A stretch of 64,000 bases of DNA from Candidatus Bathyarchaeota archaeon (GTDB lineage Archaea > Thermoproteota > Bathyarchaeia > Bathyarchaeales > Bathycorpusculaceae), in assembly GCA_963707955.1 (NCBI GenBank), contig OY970176.1, positions 800,001 to 864,000 on the forward strand. Reading direction: 5' to 3'. Numbering within the stretch: the first letter of the stretch is position 1; every line of letters begins with the position of its first letter. This document shows, piece after piece, positions 60,646 through 64,000 of this stretch. The notes below the pieces were generated by a model. It had not been told where the DNA came from. It searched no databases and was given only the letters and a program-made list of their open reading frames with translations. The translations under genes were made by a program, and so were the position numbers.

Positions 60646-61005
60646 TTGAGACTGTTGAAATTTGACGAAAAAGAATACTACAGCAGACTATCTGAAAAGC
60701 AACTAGAGGAAGCGATAGAAAAAGACTTGAACACCGTTTTGACCCAGAACCTGTTTGAGCTAAAAACATTCATCAATTACGATCTAAAACTAGGCAAGCA
60801 TGAAAATGATGCTGTATTCTGGAATTTTGTTGGAAACCCCCTTTATAGAATGCTTGAAAAAAGCATTGTAGAGAACTGCCGCAATAGTGAAAGATACAGA
60901 AAGAAGCTCATTTATAGAATGGATAACCTCATAAATGAACTTAGACCAGACTGGGCGCTTTTCATGGAAAGAGAAGAAAGAAGAAAGAAGCAACCCAAGA
61001 AATAG
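60646..61005 (+). CDS. Hypothetical protein
   Basis: 119-aa ORF directly after the integrase remnant. Confidence 0.55.
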   Translation: MRLLKFDEKEYYSRLSEKQLEEAIEKDLNTVLTQNLFELKTFINYDLKLGKHENDAVFWNFVGNPLYRMLEKSIVENCRNSERYRKKLIYRMDNLINELRPDWALFMEREERRKKQPKK

Positions 61006-61081
61006 TCTTTCAAGAAATCGTATTCTTCCTCAAGATAGCATCAAAAATTTTACCGTACAGTTTTGTCAGTAACGCGCGCGC

Positions 61082-61133
61082 GAATGGCAAAGACTTCGAT
61101 GAACTGGCAAGAAGACACAAATTCATGAAGTAA
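61082..61133 (+). pseudogene. 3' fragment of the wHTH regulator
   Basis: NGKDFDELARRHKFMK-stop versus NGKDFDALARKHKFMK-stop at the end of 51650..52264. Confidence 0.85.
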
Positions 61134-61149
61134 GCCCGTAGCGGGCGCG

Positions 61150-62019
61150 CTAGATCGCAACCGTTGCCGAGTAAATTTCAGATGCTATTTCGATTGCTTT
61201 TTCCCACTCTCTCTTTCTGAGGTTCTCCACCGCTTCTGTTACCAGTGCACATGTCTTCTTGCGTATATCGTCATTGCTTGTTCTTCTTTCCACAACATTG
61301 CGGGCAATGCATACAGATTCAATTGCTACTTTCGCCAAGACAAACTTGTCGATGTCATATCTTTCAGATACCACCGCGCTCAGATTGAAATCTGATAGAT
61401 GCCTTTTGATTCGAGGAATTCCAGATGCCAAAACGTAAGCAAAGACAACAACAAGAATATAGTAAGCTGCAACTACCAAGGAATTCTGCAAAAGAGTAAG
61501 TGTGGGAATTGCTGATACATTCGGAAATCCCTGAGCAGAATAGAGCCAAATTCCGTAAACAATAGGCACGAAGACTCCGACTACGCATGAGAAAATTCCG
61601 ACACCGCGCGCATTTATCAGATTTATCAATCGCCAACTATAGTCAATTAACCCTTGATCCCCACTTTCATTCACAAAGAGGTTTATTATGTGCACACTAG
61701 ATGTGTTCTTCTTCACATCCTCTGCCATTTGCTGATTCATCTTCTTCGTGTGCGAATCTACAAACTCAGCCACTAGTTCTACGCACTGGTCGCGTACTCC
61801 CAGCCTCCCTTTCTGTGCCCAAATCTTGCCGTATATTGTTCTAACGTACCCTTGATAGATAACAAAGCCAACAGGTATCACAGACGCAATTATGAAGGTT
61901 ATCGCCCGAGTGTCGAACGTACTGGTTTTTCCGACCATTATTAAAAACAACAGAATAAAAAAGAAGGCAAAAAAACCTGGAATGGAATAATACAGCAAAG
62001 TCTCGTTCTCAGTCTTCAC
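61150..62019 (-). CDS. Hypothetical multi-TM protein
   Basis: Four hydrophobic segments, YSIPG motif; stop TAG runs into CGCGC. Confidence 0.7.
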   Translation of the reverse strand: MKTENETLLYYSIPGFFAFFFILLFLIMVGKTSTFDTRAITFIIASVIPVGFVIYQGYVRTIYGKIWAQKGRLGVRDQCVELVAEFVDSHTKKMNQQMAEDVKKNTSSVHIINLFVNESGDQGLIDYSWRLINLINARGVGIFSCVVGVFVPIVYGIWLYSAQGFPNVSAIPTLTLLQNSLVVAAYYILVVVFAYVLASGIPRIKRHLSDFNLSAVVSERYDIDKFVLAKVAIESVCIARNVVERRTSNDDIRKKTCALVTEAVENLRKREWEKAIEIASEIYSATVAI

Positions 62020-62122
62020 ATCCCTTCACTACCAAGGTGCTATTCTTGTTGCCTGATTACTTAAAACAGTGCCGAAAAAGAGTGGCTACATCAATCAGCC
62101 AAGATAGAGTCAGGCGCTCCTC

Positions 62123-62258
62123 TCCTCGGAGACATAAGCCTTCCCCTCATTTGAAAAAGAGGAAAAGTTAGAAAGCATCTCATACGGAAGCCAATCTTAA
62201 AACTATGCGGAAGCTTCCTATTAGCATCTTGTTATGAAGGCATATTGTCTCCTCGTCC
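62123..62258. repeat. Conserved 136-nt structured non-coding element, copy B
   Basis: Near-identical to 52791-52926 and likewise upstream of an att. Confidence 0.85.
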
Positions 62259-62469
62259 ACAAAAACGACGGAATCATGAAGGTCAATGAAAGAATATCGG
62301 AGATATGAAGATGAGAACCCTTAAAAGAACCCCAGAAAAAATAGGAGACGGGAAGCTAGGGCAGAAATCGAGCTCCCAAAATTTTTAGGAGACGAAAAAT
62401 GATGAGCCAAGAAAAGACGGAACCACAAACACAGAAGACAACAATTTCAAAGATTACTAAGGCTATAGA

Positions 62470-62493
62470 CGGGTTACGACCAACACGCCAGCC
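62470..62493 (+). repeat. att site 3
   Basis: CGGGTTACGACCAACACGCCAGCC. Confidence 0.92.
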
Positions 62494-62589
62494 TTTTCTC
62501 AGAACCCGCCTCCTGATATCAACACACAGAACGGAAAACTCATAGAATACATGCTATATCTACAAAGAGCAGGATTCAGCGAAGCTTAG
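62470..62589 (+). pseudogene. Probable truncated start of a third integrase
   Basis: The att frame reads RVTTNTPAFSQNPPPDINTQNGKLIEYMLYLQRAGFSEA-stop, resembling an integrase N-terminal helix. Confidence 0.5.
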
Positions 62590-62596
62590 AGTCAGA

Positions 62597-63163
62597 TTGA
62601 TGAGTATTGAAGGCCACTGTTCAGACAGATATTTCAATCAGATATTTGGTTTAATTCCTGAATTGATTAGACCTGAGTACAGGAAGACTTTCAAGGCTTA
62701 TGATGGAATAAACAATGTTTTCAATTTGGCTTATGAAATGCTGTCATGGAAAGTGCATCATGCGTTGATAAAGGCTAAGCTTGAACCGTATCTGGGTTTT
62801 CTGCACAGTATGGCAGAAGGAAAACCGAGTTTAATCTGCGATTTTCAAGAACTGTATCGCTATCTTATGGATGATTTCGTTATTCAGTACTGTCGGAGAC
62901 TTCAGAAGAAAGATTTCATAATGAAGTATGAGGATTTTTCAACGAACCGAAAGGGAAAGAGAGAATACCTCAACGATTCTCTAACACACAGTCTGATTAG
63001 AAGTTTGAACGAATACTTCCAGAGCAAAGTTGAGATTCCACGAATTAGAATGGGAAAGGAACAGGAAATTGAGACGTTAATCAATGAAGAGACTCTACTA
63101 TTTGCAATGTACTTGAGGAATGAGAAACAGACATGGATTCCCAGAATTGCAAATCTAAACTAA
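62597..63163 (+). pseudogene. cas1: Cas1 catalytic domain, N-terminally truncated (solo, no CRISPR array in window)
   Basis: MSIEG...YF, D..N..FNLAY, LEPYLGFLH, SLICDFQELYR retain the E/H/D-E catalytic pattern; in-frame stop at 62543 upstream. Confidence 0.85.
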
Positions 63164-63234
63164 ACTCCTTGAGCGCGCGCTATTCTACCGAAAGTAATAA
63201 ATCCTATAATAGAAAAATACAGCGAGTGATAAAA

Positions 63235-63963
63235 ATGAACAGCAGAATCGTTTTGCTCAGTTTGACCGCAACATTCTTGTTGTTTGCACTGGTCGTGGCA
63301 GCATCAGCTCAAACGAGGACAGTAGGCGTTAGTGTGGGCAACACCTTTACGTACGGTGTCACCGCTAGCTGGAGTTCAAACGACACGACTGCTACACCTC
63401 CTTCCTACATAGTAGATGCCAACAATACACAATCGGGAGAGCTTTCCATTACAGCCATTTCTGGCACAAACGTAACTGTACAAACGACAACCCTTTACAA
63501 GAACTCGACCGAAACAACCTCGGGCGGCTGGGTAGACGTAAACACTGGAAACGGTGAGAACCTAACGAATTTCGTCATTTCAGCCAACCTAGCCGCAGGC
63601 GATTCAATTTACAATTCTTCGTCATACAATACTATAAACGAGACCGTGACTAGAACTTACTCCAGCGGTGTCAGAAACACAAACCACTTAAACATGACCT
63701 ACTCACTTGAAGGACTTAATTACACTATTAACTATTACTGGGACAAGCCGACAGGCGTCATCGTTGAGCTGCTGACGCAAACCACCAATCAGACAGCCCA
63801 ATACACAACAACGTGGTCAGAAGACCTCCAAATCACCAGTTCAAATGTCTGGACAGTGCCCGAGTTTCCCACGTGGACCTCAACACTGCTCATATTCATC
63901 GCGGTCACATCAGCCACCATTGTCATCGCTAGACAAAAACAACCCAAAAGACCCTTACGCTAA
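63235..63963 (+). CDS. Secreted surface glycoprotein with PEF-CTERM-like sorting tail
   Basis: Signal peptide, VGVSVGNTFTY, YYWDKPTG, VPEF followed by TM and basic tail, many sequons. Confidence 0.8.
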   Translation: MNSRIVLLSLTATFLLFALVVAASAQTRTVGVSVGNTFTYGVTASWSSNDTTATPPSYIVDANNTQSGELSITAISGTNVTVQTTTLYKNSTETTSGGWVDVNTGNGENLTNFVISANLAAGDSIYNSSSYNTINETVTRTYSSGVRNTNHLNMTYSLEGLNYTINYYWDKPTGVIVELLTQTTNQTAQYTTTWSEDLQITSSNVWTVPEFPTWTSTLLIFIAVTSATIVIARQKQPKRPLR

Positions 63964-64000
63964 ACCCCCCTCTTTTTTAGAGCGCGTCGTCACAATTTGG

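Larger units (their letters stand above)
53247..62493. mobile_element. Integrative element 2 / composite debris (about 9.2 kb)
   Basis: Bounded by att 2 and att 3; one integrase, two further integrase 3' fragments, four 48-bp repeats and cargo genes. Confidence 0.8.

Overview
Archaeal chromosome window, probably Bathyarchaeia (inferred from TBP, pelota, PolB, archaeal DnaG, DUF1512, QueT, a Cren7-like protein and the integrase type). Core genes: tRNA-Trp with intron, 5S rRNA, map, two trpS, pheS/pheT, tyrS, dnaG, polB, AOR, pelA, tbp, TtuA-like, AK6 and RNase P RNA (rnpB). Two accessory zones lie at about 13.2-27 kb (defence-like ATPase/TOPRIM and PLD genes, gene debris, micro-ORFs) and 47.1-64 kb. 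The second zone is a tandem stack of integrative elements that use the 3' end of rnpB as att site (24-bp direct repeat at 47147, 53247, 62470). These elements carry tyrosine integrases (one split in frame across the att), an HUH Rep, a conserved 136-nt structured non-coding element, a 48-bp hairpin repeat in 5 copies and a truncated solo Cas1. Window-wide, a (TA)GCGCGCGC(TA) palindrome marks accessory gene boundaries and sits exactly at several gene truncation points. A candidate SD-sequestering pseudoknot precedes queT, and dnaG appears to lack a canonical start codon. Single-base frameshifts in essential genes (map, pheS) suggest indel errors in the assembly. All calls are by eye from motifs; no database searches were run.
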